From positions 975,845 through 1,039,844 of the forward strand of contig OY970362.1 in assembly GCA_963718625.1 (NCBI GenBank): a DNA stretch of 64,000 bases. Reading direction: 5' to 3'. The notes under the pieces are model-generated. The model made no database searches and was not told the DNA's origin. It saw only the letters and a list, made by a program, of their open reading frames with translations. Shown here piece after piece: positions 27,973 to 37,026 of this stretch; position 1 is the first letter of the stretch; every line of letters starts with the position of its first letter. Position numbers and translations under genes: made by a program. Source of the stretch: an uncultured Solirubrobacterales bacterium (lineage in GTDB: Bacteria; Actinomycetota; Thermoleophilia; Solirubrobacterales; Solirubrobacteraceae).

Positions 27973-28587
27973 CTAGGTCCCCGCCACCGGGCTGTCTTCG
28001 ATTCCCGCGGCGCGCGTGTGCTCGTCCTGGAACGGCGGGTAGGTCTCGGTGAGCAGGAGCATGTAGGCGTCCGAGCGTGCGGTGTAGGAGTTGGCCAGCA
28101 CCATCAGGTCGAACAGCCCGCGCGGCATTTTCCCCGTCACGACGGTCACCGCCCAGGCCGCGACGCCGCCCACCTCGAGCAGCAGGCCGAACACGTAGCG
28201 CAGCACGTAGATCGGAATCGCGAGGATGATTCGAAAGAGCGTCTTCAGGCGGCTGTAGTGGTCCAGCGGCCCGTCGAACTGCATCCGCACCGGATAGGCC
28301 GGGTCGTCGGACCCGAAGAAGGACGGATAGGGGTCGGTCAGCAGCACCGCATATGACAGCGTGCGCGTGTAGAAGCGCGTGAAGTCCGCGACGAAGTCAT
28401 ACAGCCCCTTCGGGTAGCGGCCGGTGATCACGATCGCAAACCATGCGAGGATCACCGCCAGCAACGCCACCAGCCCGTAGAGCATCGCCCAGATGAACAG
28501 CGGGATCGCGAGGATCAGCCTGAAGAAGGACGTGAGCCGGTTGCGGTGCTCGGCGTAGTCGGCTTCAAACGTGACGGGATAGGACAC
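27973..28587 (-). CDS. DUF4389-type membrane protein
   Basis: Two repeats of ...FFRLILAIPLFIW...VITGRYPKGLYDF.... The GTG at 28587 has a GGGGGAG RBS. The ORF track extends to 28647. Confidence 0.75.
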   Translation of the reverse strand: MSYPVTFEADYAEHRNRLTSFFRLILAIPLFIWAMLYGLVALLAVILAWFAIVITGRYPKGLYDFVADFTRFYTRTLSYAVLLTDPYPSFFGSDDPAYPVRMQFDGPLDHYSRLKTLFRIILAIPIYVLRYVFGLLLEVGGVAAWAVTVVTGKMPRGLFDLMVLANSYTARSDAYMLLLTETYPPFQDEHTRAAGIEDSPVAGT

Positions 28588-28778
28588 GGTGCTCCCCCTT
28601 TGCCGGTGCAGCGTTCTGTTGCCTTGAGCCCATCGTAGGTCTGACATCGACCGTCCCGGCGTGTCGCGGACACGTGAACGGTTTCTTGCGTGGCGCCTTG
28701 ACGTGACGGCCCGGCCGGCTCCCCCCGGCCGGCTGGCCCTGTGGGCGCGACGCCGGCGATCGACTAGATTGCCGGGGC

Positions 28779-30191
28779 ATGCACGCCGCCGACCTCGCGT
28801 TCGCCGGGATCGCCAGGCAGGCCGAGCTGATCGCCGCCGGAGAGGTTTCGTCGCGCGAGCTGGTCGAGCTGTATCTGGAGCGCATCGGACGCTACGACAC
28901 CGAGCTGAACGCGTTCAGGGTCGTGCTCGCCGAGCGCGCGCGCCTGGAGGCCGACCAGGCGGATGCGCGACGGCGCGCGGGCGAGCAGCGGCCGCTGCTC
29001 GGCGTTCCGTTCGCGGTCAAGGACGACAGCGACGTCGCGGGCGAGCTAACGGCGCTCGGCACGAACGCCTACGGACCGCCTGCGAGCCAGGACAGCGAGG
29101 TCGTGCGCCGCCTGCGCGCGGCCGGCGCGGTCGTGCTCGGCAAGACCAACGTGCCCGAGCTGTGCGCGTTCCCCTGGACCGAGTCGCCGACGTGGGGCGC
29201 GACGCGCAACCCGTGGAACCTCCAGCGCAGCCCGGGAGGCTCGAGCGGCGGCAGCGCGGCGGCCGTGGCGGCGGGGCTCGTCGGGGCGGCGCTGGCCGCC
29301 GACGGCGGCGGATCGATCCGCTTTCCCGCGGCCTACTGCGGCCTGTTCGGCCTGAAGTCGCAGCGCGGCCGGGTGCCGCTGGCGCCGCGCGAGAACTCCT
29401 GGCATGGACTGTCGGTCAACGGCGTGCTGACGCGCTCGGTGAGCGACAGCGCGCTGTTCCACGACGCGATCGCCGACGGCCCGGCCGATCCCGGCGAGCC
29501 GGCGCTCGCCCCGCGCAGCCTCCTCGACGCGCTCGGCGCGGACTCGACGCGCTTGCGCATCGCTGTGTCCAGCAGGCTCCCGCCATCGCCGCTGACCCGC
29601 CTGGCACCCGACAACCGTGCCGCCCTGGAGGAGACCGCGAGGCTATTGGAGGGCCTCGGCCACGAGGTCAGCGAGCGCGAGATCGATCACGGCCCGCTCG
29701 CGCCGGCGCCCGAGTTCACGGCCCTGTATGTGGGCGGGCTGCACGACGACGCGATGGGGATGGCCCATCCAGAGCGCCTTGAACGGCGGATCCGGGCGCT
29801 GGCGCGGCTCGGCGGGCTCGCGTCTGGCGCGGTGCGCTGGGCCGAGCGGCGCAGGGCTGGCTACGCGGCGCGGCTGAACGAGGCGTTCGCCGATCACGAC
29901 GTGCTGCTGATGCCGGTCACGCCCGCGCCACCGCCGCGAATCGGCGCCTGTGAGGGGCGTGGCTGGCTGTGGACCACGACGATCGCGGCATCCACGGTGC
30001 CCTACGCCGCCTGCTGGAACGCCACCGGCCAGCCGGCGTGCTCGGTGCCGGCCGGGCTCGGCGCCGACGGGCTGCCGCGCGCCGTGCAGCTCGTGGGCAG
30101 ACCCGAGGACGAGGCGACGCTGATCTCGCTCGCCGCGCAGCTGGAAGCTGCGCGCCCGTGGGCCGACGCTCGTCCGCCGGGCTTTTCGTGA
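28779..30191 (+). CDS. amidase (amidase-signature family)
   Basis: GGSSGGSAAAVAAGLVGAALAADGGGSIRFPA signature. 470 aa. Confidence 0.9.
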   Translation: MHAADLAFAGIARQAELIAAGEVSSRELVELYLERIGRYDTELNAFRVVLAERARLEADQADARRRAGEQRPLLGVPFAVKDDSDVAGELTALGTNAYGPPASQDSEVVRRLRAAGAVVLGKTNVPELCAFPWTESPTWGATRNPWNLQRSPGGSSGGSAAAVAAGLVGAALAADGGGSIRFPAAYCGLFGLKSQRGRVPLAPRENSWHGLSVNGVLTRSVSDSALFHDAIADGPADPGEPALAPRSLLDALGADSTRLRIAVSSRLPPSPLTRLAPDNRAALEETARLLEGLGHEVSEREIDHGPLAPAPEFTALYVGGLHDDAMGMAHPERLERRIRALARLGGLASGAVRWAERRRAGYAARLNEAFADHDVLLMPVTPAPPPRIGACEGRGWLWTTTIAASTVPYAACWNATGQPACSVPAGLGADGLPRAVQLVGRPEDEATLISLAAQLEAARPWADARPPGFS

Positions 30192-30979
30192 GCGACGAGG
30201 GCGAGCTTGTCGCGGTCGCGATCGAGGCCGCGCGCACGGCCGGCGGGCTGCTGCTGGAGCGCGCCGCCCAAGGACGCGAGCTCGAGGTGTCGGCCAAGAG
30301 CACGCCAACCGACCCCGTCAGCGAGGCCGACCATGCCTCTGAACGGGCGATCCGCGAGCTGCTGGCCAGCCGGCGCCCGCTCGACGGGTTCGTGGGGGAG
30401 GAGGGCGGGGCCGAGCAGCCCGGCACGAGCGGACTGACCTGGGTCGTCGATCCGCTGGACGGGACGGCGAACTTCCTCTTCGGGATCCCGCAGTGGTCAG
30501 TGAGCGTCGCGGTGCGCGATCGCGACGGGACCCTGGCGGGCGCGGTCTATGACCCCAACCGCGACGAGCTCTTCAGCGCCACCAGGGATGGCCGCGCGAC
30601 GCTCACGGCGGCCGCGCAGGCGCTGGAGCTGAGCGGCTCCTCGCGCGAGGACCTCGCCACCGCGATGGTCGCCACGGGCCTGGCCTACGACGCGCAAGTG
30701 CGCGAGGCCCAGGCGCAGGTGCTCTCCGGCGTGGTGGGACGCGTGCGCGACATCCGCCGCTTCGGCAGCGCCGCACTGGACCTCGCGTGGACAGCGGCCG
30801 GGCGATATGACGCCTACTTCGAGCGCACGGTCAAGCAGTGGGACATCGCCGCCGGAGCGCTCGTCTGTGAACGCGCCGGGGTGTCGGTGGTCGGGCTGCA
30901 GGCGCGCGAGCGATTGCCGTGGGGGATACTCGCTGCGGCGCCGGCGCTCGTCGAACCGCTAAGAGAGCTCGTGGGCTAG
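30188..30979 (+). CDS. inositol monophosphatase family protein (SuhB/ImpA/HisN-like)
   Basis: The GTG at 30188 overlaps the amidase stop. WVVDPLDGTANF and WDIAAGAL motifs. Confidence 0.85.
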   Translation: MSDEGELVAVAIEAARTAGGLLLERAAQGRELEVSAKSTPTDPVSEADHASERAIRELLASRRPLDGFVGEEGGAEQPGTSGLTWVVDPLDGTANFLFGIPQWSVSVAVRDRDGTLAGAVYDPNRDELFSATRDGRATLTAAAQALELSGSSREDLATAMVATGLAYDAQVREAQAQVLSGVVGRVRDIRRFGSAALDLAWTAAGRYDAYFERTVKQWDIAAGALVCERAGVSVVGLQARERLPWGILAAAPALVEPLRELVG

Positions 30980-31031
30980 CAGCGCCGCGGCTGGCCGCGC
31001 CGCTCCTGGTGAGCTCGCCGCTCTCTGTGGA

Positions 31032-31114
31032 TGCGGCGGGTGGGAGTCGAACCCACACGCCCTGTTGGACAAGGCCTTTTGAGGGCCTCGCGTCTACCGT
31101 TCCGCCACCGCCGC
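31032..31114 (-). tRNA. tRNA-Leu (anticodon CAA)
   Basis: GCGGCGG acceptor pairs with CCGCCGC plus discriminator A. Anticodon loop CTCAAAA. Long variable arm. GGTTCGACTCC T-arm. Confidence 0.9.
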
Positions 31115-31186
31115 ACGCCGCAACTCAGTGTATGCCAGCCCCTGGCGGCCACGGGCGCGCGAGGCTGCGGGCGGGGTCCCCCGAGC

Positions 31187-31720
31187 TCAGGCGGGATGGG
31201 GCGGCGCGTCGGCGTAGAAGTCGCCGCCGAGCGACGGCGAGCGGCGCTCGAGCTCCACGTTCCAGCCCTGTTTGAAGCCGCGCATCGCAAATGCGATCAG
31301 CAGCATCTGCACCGGCACGATCAGCAGCGTGATCACCCCGAGCAGACCGGAGTTCAGCAGCGGCTGGGCGAACCCGGTCTTGTTGCGGTTAAACCAGCTG
31401 GGCCCGGCGACCAGCGCGAAGATCAGCAGCAGCACCGCTAGCGCCGAGGCGACGGGCAGCACGCCGCGATTCCAGCGCGCGGCGAAGAATGCGAGCGTCA
31501 GGTAGATCAGGATGTAGGCGATCTGCACCACCCAGGCCGACTCGAGCACCGCCCATCCGCCGACCGTGACGATCAGGACGAGCCCCGCGGAGACCAGCAG
31601 CAGCAGCACGACGGTCGCGCGAGTCGCCTGCACGACAGGCTTGTCGCGGTTGGGATGGGTGATCGTGACGCCGGGCTGCGCCTGGCCGCCTGGGATCGAG
31701 GACATCGCACACCTGACCAT
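31187..31720 (-). CDS. hypothetical polytopic membrane protein
   Basis: Four or five hydrophobic segments. Start taken at an internal ATG (31720, GGAGA RBS; 31705 is an alternative), because the longest ORF (to 31843) would run into tRNA-Leu(TAG). Confidence 0.65.
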   Translation of the reverse strand: MVRCAMSSIPGGQAQPGVTITHPNRDKPVVQATRATVVLLLLVSAGLVLIVTVGGWAVLESAWVVQIAYILIYLTLAFFAARWNRGVLPVASALAVLLLIFALVAGPSWFNRNKTGFAQPLLNSGLLGVITLLIVPVQMLLIAFAMRGFKQGWNVELERRSPSLGGDFYADAPPHPA

Positions 31721-31817
31721 ACAATCTCCGACGGCCCCCTGTGGGCGATGGAGCGTGGCGCGCCTGCGGCGAGCCGGCCGCGGCGGCGGGTTCGGCGGGT
31801 AGCCTCTCGGCTGCGCT

Positions 31818-31901
31818 GCGGGCGTGGTGGAACTGGTAGACACGCCGGCCTTAGGAGCCGGTGAGCACTAGCTCTTGGGGGTTCGAGTCCCTCCGCCCGC
31901 A
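31818..31901 (+). tRNA. tRNA-Leu (anticodon TAG)
   Basis: GCGGGCG/CGCCCGC acceptor plus A. D-loop GGAACTGGTAGA. Anticodon stem CCGGC/GCCGG with loop CTTAGGA. Variable arm GAGC-ACTA-GCTC. T-arm GGGGG-TTCGAGT-CCCTC. Confidence 0.9.
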
Positions 31902-31907
31902 TCGACA

Positions 31908-31933
31908 GAAAGGCCTGGACTTCCAGGCCTTTC
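31908..31933 (+). terminator. hairpin immediately after tRNA-Leu(TAG) (GAAAGGCCTGG-ACTT-CCAGGCCTTTC)
   Basis: 11-bp perfect stem with a 4-nt loop. A degenerate copy follows the tRNA remnant at about 33990-34009. Confidence 0.5.
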
Positions 31934-32163
31934 GTCGTTCTAGGGCCGTTTGGCACCGGGGCGTGCGGTGGCGCTGGGCTATACCGCCAGGCGTTCAGGT
32001 TCGGCCGGCGCTCCCAGGGCGCGGGAGTGGTTTCAGACGACTGGCTCCGGGTTGCTCATGCCGGCAGGACGGCGGCAAGCGATCGGCGTGGCTGCGCCCG
32101 AGCGTCCGTCGAGAACCGCAACGTGCTCCCCGCTGGACGAGGAGCACGTTGCAGACGGTCAGC

Positions 32164-33438
32164 TCAGGGACCGAAAACGTCGGTCGTGACTTCGAAGAAG
32201 TGGTTGTGCTTGATCTGTTCGGTGTTCGTTGGCCCGGTCAGGAAGATGCCGTAGTGGTTCGAGTAGATCACGTTGTGCTTGATCGTGATCGTCAGGGGGC
32301 TCCCGGCCGTACCGACGAACACGCCGGTCGTTTCTTTGTCCGGCACCGGGAAGTCCTTGTCGCCGTCCAGGTTGTTGGGCCCGATCCGGTTGTGGACGAT
32401 CCGGTTACCGTTGAGGTCCTGGTTCGGGAAGTGGTTGTGGAGCGTCACACCGGCAAGGCCGTTCCCCTGCACGAGATTGCCGCTGACGGTGTTGTTGTAC
32501 ACCGCGCCGCCCCCGATCGGGATGCCTGCCGCCAGCAAGACTCCGGCGCCTTCCCCTGCGACACCGTTGCCTTCCGCCACGTTGTCCTCGATCAGGTTGC
32601 CGTAGACGCCGGCCACTTTGGGATTTGGCGTTCCGCCCGGCGCTGCGGCGGGGTTGTGTCCGGCGAGCGTGATCCCGCAGTCCCCAGTGTTGTCCAAGAC
32701 CCAGTTGTGCGCGACGACGTTGCCGTCGGTCGGGCCGGTCTCGTCGGTCATCAGCACGCCGCCGGAGTTGTCGCGGATCGTGTTATCGACGATCTTCGAG
32801 TTCGACGTACCCATCAGGTGCACGCCCTCGCCGCAGTCGGGAAACGGGTTTTCCGCGGTCGGTTCGCACTCTGGGTAGGTTTTGGCTTTCCCGACGCCTT
32901 TGTCGTTGTACTGGATCGTGTTGTCCAGGATGGTCACGTTGCTCGTGCTGAGCGCTAGGACACCCTCGCCCACGGCATTTTCGATCGTGAAGCCCTTGAT
33001 GGTCGTTCCCGCAGCAAGCGGCTTCAACGTGAAGCCGTTGGGGTTGCCCGTCGCGTCGACGGTCGCCTGGCTGCCCTCGATGGTGACCGGCGTTTCGACG
33101 GTCACATCTTCGCGATAGATGCCTGGGCACACGACTATGTTGGTGCCCGGCGTGGTCGCAGCCGCGACCGCCGCGCCGATCGTGGCGTAAGCGGCCGATG
33201 AGCACGCGCCCAGGCCGTGTCCAGGGCCGTGGTGTCTGCGGTCGGCCGGCCTGGCGGCGGCCGGCAGCGAGGCGGGCGTGCCGTAACCGGAGGTCGAGCT
33301 GTTGACGTACAGCGTTGGCGGGGTCGGTGGCCCCGGCCCCCCGGCGGACGCGACCGCCGCAGTCATGCCGCCAACAGCGGCGGCAGAGAGAGCGACAGCG
33401 GCAATCGTACGCAGCCGCGAACCAGATGGCACGTGCAT
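32164..33438 (-). CDS. secreted right-handed parallel beta-helix repeat protein (NosD/pectate-lyase-like fold)
   Basis: AGGAGGAGG RBS. Signal-like N-terminus. Repeated ...N.I.DN.I..N... units (ILDNTIQYND, IVDNTIRDNSGG, IEDNVAEGNG, VSGNLVQGNG). Confidence 0.8.
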   Translation of the reverse strand: MHVPSGSRLRTIAAVALSAAAVGGMTAAVASAGGPGPPTPPTLYVNSSTSGYGTPASLPAAARPADRRHHGPGHGLGACSSAAYATIGAAVAAATTPGTNIVVCPGIYREDVTVETPVTIEGSQATVDATGNPNGFTLKPLAAGTTIKGFTIENAVGEGVLALSTSNVTILDNTIQYNDKGVGKAKTYPECEPTAENPFPDCGEGVHLMGTSNSKIVDNTIRDNSGGVLMTDETGPTDGNVVAHNWVLDNTGDCGITLAGHNPAAAPGGTPNPKVAGVYGNLIEDNVAEGNGVAGEGAGVLLAAGIPIGGGAVYNNTVSGNLVQGNGLAGVTLHNHFPNQDLNGNRIVHNRIGPNNLDGDKDFPVPDKETTGVFVGTAGSPLTITIKHNVIYSNHYGIFLTGPTNTEQIKHNHFFEVTTDVFGP

Positions 33439-33927
33439 GAACGGTCCTCCTCCTTGAGTTGGTGCTAGTCGAGCGACGGGCTTGAACCCCGCGATGCGAC
33501 CGCAGCGGTAGGCGTCGTCGCGACCCGCGAAACTACCAGACAGACGTGCACAGCGGCCGGCGTTTCGAGGCCAGCTGCCTCAGCGCTCGATCACCAGCTT
33601 GGTCCAGCCGCGCGCGGATCGTCGATCGCCGCCGGCGGGTCTTTGGTCGCACCGCTCAATCCACGAAACAGACGCATCGGCAGGAGGGTACCTGCCGTGT
33701 CCCAGCATCCCCCCTCAAGCGCCTGGTGCCCCAGACGACAAGACCGTGAGCAGATCAAGCCGCCGCCGCCATCGGTCCATGTAGACGGGACGCCTCTCGA
33801 GCTGCGGTTCGACGATGGCTGCCGTGTTCCCTGTGTGTTCCCAAATCGGCTAAACGAACTAGACGGCCGGCACCAAACCCGCATGGGAATGCGCCATGTC
33901 GCACCACTTTGAGGTCGGCAGCCAGAA

Positions 33928-34025
33928 CTTAGGAGCCGGTGGGCGAAAGCCCTTGGAGGTTCGAGTCCTCTCGCCCGCATCGACAGAACAGGCCTGGTAC
34001 TTCGGGCCTTTTCGCATTTCTAGGT
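33928..34025 (+). repeat. copy of the 3' half of tRNA-Leu(TAG) (anticodon loop to acceptor end, 33928-33979) plus about 45 nt of its downstream flank; att-like island boundary
   Basis: CTTAGGAGCCGGTGGGCGAAAGCCCTTGGAGGTTCGAGTCCTCTCGCCCGCATCGACAGAA.... There is no matching 5' half upstream. Variable-arm and T-stem differences are compensatory. Confidence 0.8.
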
Positions 34026-34481
34026 GCGCGCCGCCAGATCGGACCAGTCTCAGGTTGTGTAACACGATTGGTAACAATCTGGTACGCCGTAAAGCAAGTT
34101 CGAGCCCCCACCTGCGGCGGGGTAGGGAAGTCACTGGTGGACTTGCTTGACGCCTCACCTACGTAGCGCGAATCCGTAGTTTGCCCTGACCCGGAGCGCG
34201 GATCAGCGCGTAGCATTCGCTCGAACTTAGGGTTCCCTAACTTGTGGAGGAGCAGGAGGAGGGTGCGGTGGTCCCTCGCCGCCTCGGTCGTCTTTAACGA
34301 CGACGGTCGACCCAGGCGGCGGGGGACGCCTGCATCTAGCGGGAGGCCTGCAGCGTCTGGTCGTGCAGCGTCTGGTCGGGGAGGGAGGGGGGGGTCTGTG
34401 AGGGCACGTGCAGCCGGGTCCTGCAGCGGACGAACGTGCCCGCCTGAGGACTGGTCGACGATCGCTACCTTCGGCACTCCG

Positions 34482-35715
34482 TCAACCCGGCGTCAGCGAG
34501 TCGCCCTTGGGCACCATCTGCACGAAGTCCCCGAAGCGCTCGGGCTCCTCCAATCTGCACGACCAGACGAGGCGGTCGTTCCACACCGTCATATCGGGGC
34601 AGCCGTCGCACATGTTCTGCCGTCCGTCGTCGTAGATGTCGGCCGGCTGGATGATCATCACCGACTGGAAGCGGAGCCTCTGAAGCAGCCGTGAGGGCCT
34701 GCGGGCACCCGCTCTCAGCCAGTGGCGGGCGATCTTCCGCAGGCGCGGGTCGAGCGCGGACAAAAGCAGCATCGCCCTGCCATGTGCTCAGCGCCTGCGG
34801 CCCGGTGTAGGCGAGATACCTCCCTGTCGCGAGGTGGTGGAACGTCTGGGCGAGCTCCATCGAGCGCGGCCCGACGTAGCCGTAGACCCGCTCCTTGGTG
34901 GCAAGACGACCCGTGAGCAGCCACTTGAAGGTGTCGGGTCGCTCGGTCCCGTTGAGGTATGCGGCGGGAGCGAAGTCGGGGAAGCGCTTGCGGATCTCGG
35001 CCACGATGTCGGTCGATTGGAGCTCGTGCGGTGTCTGGTCGGTGGTGGCGTATGGCATCGTCGAGAAATCGACCGGCACGCCCCGTACGTACTGCTCAAA
35101 GCTGCCGCCCACGACGCCAGCGCGGAAGGCGATGAACACGATCGTGTGGACGATCTCGACGTTGCGCTGCGCCCACTGAACGATGTCGGGCACGTAGCGC
35201 AGCGTGTCCTCATAGACGGTCGCGTTGAACGAACAGCCCATCCCTCCCGTCGCGGCCACCATCTCGGCGTAGTGCTGGCGCAGCTCGCACAGCTCGATCT
35301 CATCCGCCTTCTTCCATCCCGGGCGGCCCTGCTTGGAGTCGATGTGGAACGTGAAGCCGGCTACGCCGGCGCCCTTTAGCTCCCTCAGCAGCTCCTCGGT
35401 GAGCGCCAAGCCGTTGGTATTGACGATCGGCTTGAGGCCCTCCCGCGCGACCAACCGGACGATCTCGACGATCTCGGGATGAACGAGCGGGTCGCCGCCC
35501 GCAATCGACACGCCGTCCACGGTGCGAAAGCGCTTGAAGACCTCGAGATCGTGACGAACCTCATCGAGGGTCTTGTGTCCCCGCGGGTCGTTCTCCCGGT
35601 AGCAGCCCAGGCACGCTAGGTTGCACTTCTTGGTTGGCTCCAGCCAGGCGATGGCGTTGTCGGGCAGCGACCACGGCAGGCGATAGAGCTGGCGATGATC
35701 GATGGTGGCGGTCAC
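34482..35715 (-). pseudogene. radical SAM enzyme (subfamily not recognised), apparently frameshifted near 34773-34787
   Basis: LEPTKKCNLACLGCYR (CX3CX2C) and SIAGGDPLVHPEIVEIV. After about residue 310 the 35715 frame becomes Arg/Pro junk. The protein-like C-terminus (VMIIQPADIYDDGRQNMCDGCPDMTVWNDRLVWSCRLEE) continues in the frame of ORF 34482-34772. Confidence 0.7.
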
Positions 35716-36281
35716 TTCAACCCCGCCTTCACGGCCGAGATCTCGAGCGCGATCTTCACCTTGTTGCCGAGGAGCGCTCCGCCTGTCTCAAGCGCCTGGT
35801 TCCAAATAAGACCGAAATCTCTACGGTTGAGCTCTCCGCGCAGCTTGAGCTCGATCCGCTCGTCGCCGGCTTCCTCGTGTCCCGTACCGTTGAGCTGTCC
35901 GTCGAGCTCGATCTCGCGGGTGACGCCACGCATTGTGAGCTCGCCGAGAATACGCAGGCGCCCGCCGTCGACGTAGTCGATCCGGTTTGAGTTGAACCTG
36001 ATCTCCGGATAGCGCTCGACGTCAAAGAAGTCGGGCGAGCTCCGCAGGTGCTCGTCGCGCACCGGCTCCCTCGTGTCGATCGAGGCGGCCTCGACCATTC
36101 CAGTCGCCCGCGCGCCACCTGCTCCTACCTCCAGCATCCCATCGAACTTCCGGAAGCGACCATTCACCGTCGCGAGCACCATGTGCTTCACGGCGAACGC
36201 GACACTCGAGCCCGGAGCGTCGACTGACCACTTGCCTGCGGGTACAAAGCTCACGCTGCTGGTCTCATCCACCACGGACAT
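35712..36281 (-). CDS. YceI-family (polyisoprenoid/lipid-binding) protein
   Basis: VAFAVKHMVLATVNGRFRKFDG...ASIDTREPVRDEHLRS.DFFDVERYPEIRF...LTMRGVTREI. Its stop overlaps the radical SAM GTG start (GTGA at 35712-35715). Confidence 0.85.
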   Translation of the reverse strand: MSVVDETSSVSFVPAGKWSVDAPGSSVAFAVKHMVLATVNGRFRKFDGMLEVGAGGARATGMVEAASIDTREPVRDEHLRSSPDFFDVERYPEIRFNSNRIDYVDGGRLRILGELTMRGVTREIELDGQLNGTGHEEAGDERIELKLRGELNRRDFGLIWNQALETGGALLGNKVKIALEISAVKAGLK

Positions 36282-36508
36282 CTGGAGACTCCCTGCTCGG
36301 GTGACGCTGCTCGACGGGCAGACTCGACGCTACCCCGCACCAGCGCATCCGTAGAAGACCCCGTCGTTGCTCGGTGACTCTCCGCACGCGCCTGTACGGC
36401 GTTTCACGGCGTTTACAACCCGCCGATGGCTTGCGCGGGCCGGCGGCTACCAACCAGCAGCTTCAAGAGCGATACGAAGACAGGTGGCCCCCCGTTGTCG
36501 GCTCGACG

Positions 36509-36568
36509 GTCAAGCGAAGAGATCGACTCGGCGGGCTCGTCCATGAGTACTACCGGGCCGCGACGTGA
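36509..36568 (+). mobile_element. remnant of a transposase C-terminal tail (VKRRDRLGGLVHEYYRAAT-stop)
   Basis: An R-x-x-LGGL-x-x-EY-x-RAA ending is typical of rve/DDE-type actinobacterial IS transposases. No upstream catalytic domain is present in any frame, and the IS family is not resolved. Confidence 0.35.
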
Positions 36569-36657
36569 TGGATCAGGCTTTTGGCACCCCTGCACGCTGC
36601 CGCACGGGGCGCCTGCGTCTCTTCCCGGCGCGGTGGATCGTCACATCTCAGGCTGGG

Positions 36658-36882
36658 TCAGCGTTTCCGTGGTGACGCTTGCTGCGGCCGCTTGCTGCCT
36701 CGCCCAGCTCGAAGGGCGCCGCTCGCGGGCGTGTAGATGGTCTCGTGGCCGTCGTCCCAGCGGATCCGATAGCGAGGCGAGGGATCGCCTCGGAGTACCT
36801 CCTCGACGACACCCGAGCGGGGTCGGCGATCCGTTGACTCGGACTCCGCTACGACACGCTTGCCGACCTCAAAGGCCATCAT
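36658..36882 (-). CDS. DUF1918-like small protein
   Basis: ...GVVEEVLRGDPSPRYRIRWDDGHETIYTPASG.... Start taken at MMAFEVGK within ORF 36658-36939. Confidence 0.65.
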   Translation of the reverse strand: MMAFEVGKRVVAESESTDRRPRSGVVEEVLRGDPSPRYRIRWDDGHETIYTPASGALRAGRGSKRPQQASPRKR

Positions 36883-37026
36883 CACCCCTCGTCGCTCAAT
36901 CTCACCGGGGAGCGACCCCGGCGGAACGCAAGCTACCACCGCCCGCCGCCCCCTGCACGGTCGTGTGGACTGGGCGGCGCGCGTTTGCCTGACCCGCCGT
37001 GGCGCGAGCGACCGCTCCGGCGATGA

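Noticed and set aside
31721-31843. N-terminal extension of the membrane protein ORF 31187-31843.
   Set aside because: It would overlap tRNA-Leu(TAG) at 31818-31901. The extension is Pro/Arg-rich, and internal ATGs at 31720 and 31705 precede the first TM segment.
34098-34125. TTCGAGCCCCCACCTGCGGCGG, a possible remnant of another tRNA 3' end.
   Set aside because: Only the T-loop-like heptamer matches. There is no complementary T-stem and no plausible acceptor, so this is chance-level similarity.
33929-34694. ORFs 33929-34477 (minus strand) and 34242-34694 (plus strand) in the island junction.
   Set aside because: Both are low-complexity (PDAARPDAAG-type repeats arising from a 15-bp DNA repeat). 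One overlaps the tRNA remnant and the other overlaps the radical SAM C-terminus. No family resemblance.
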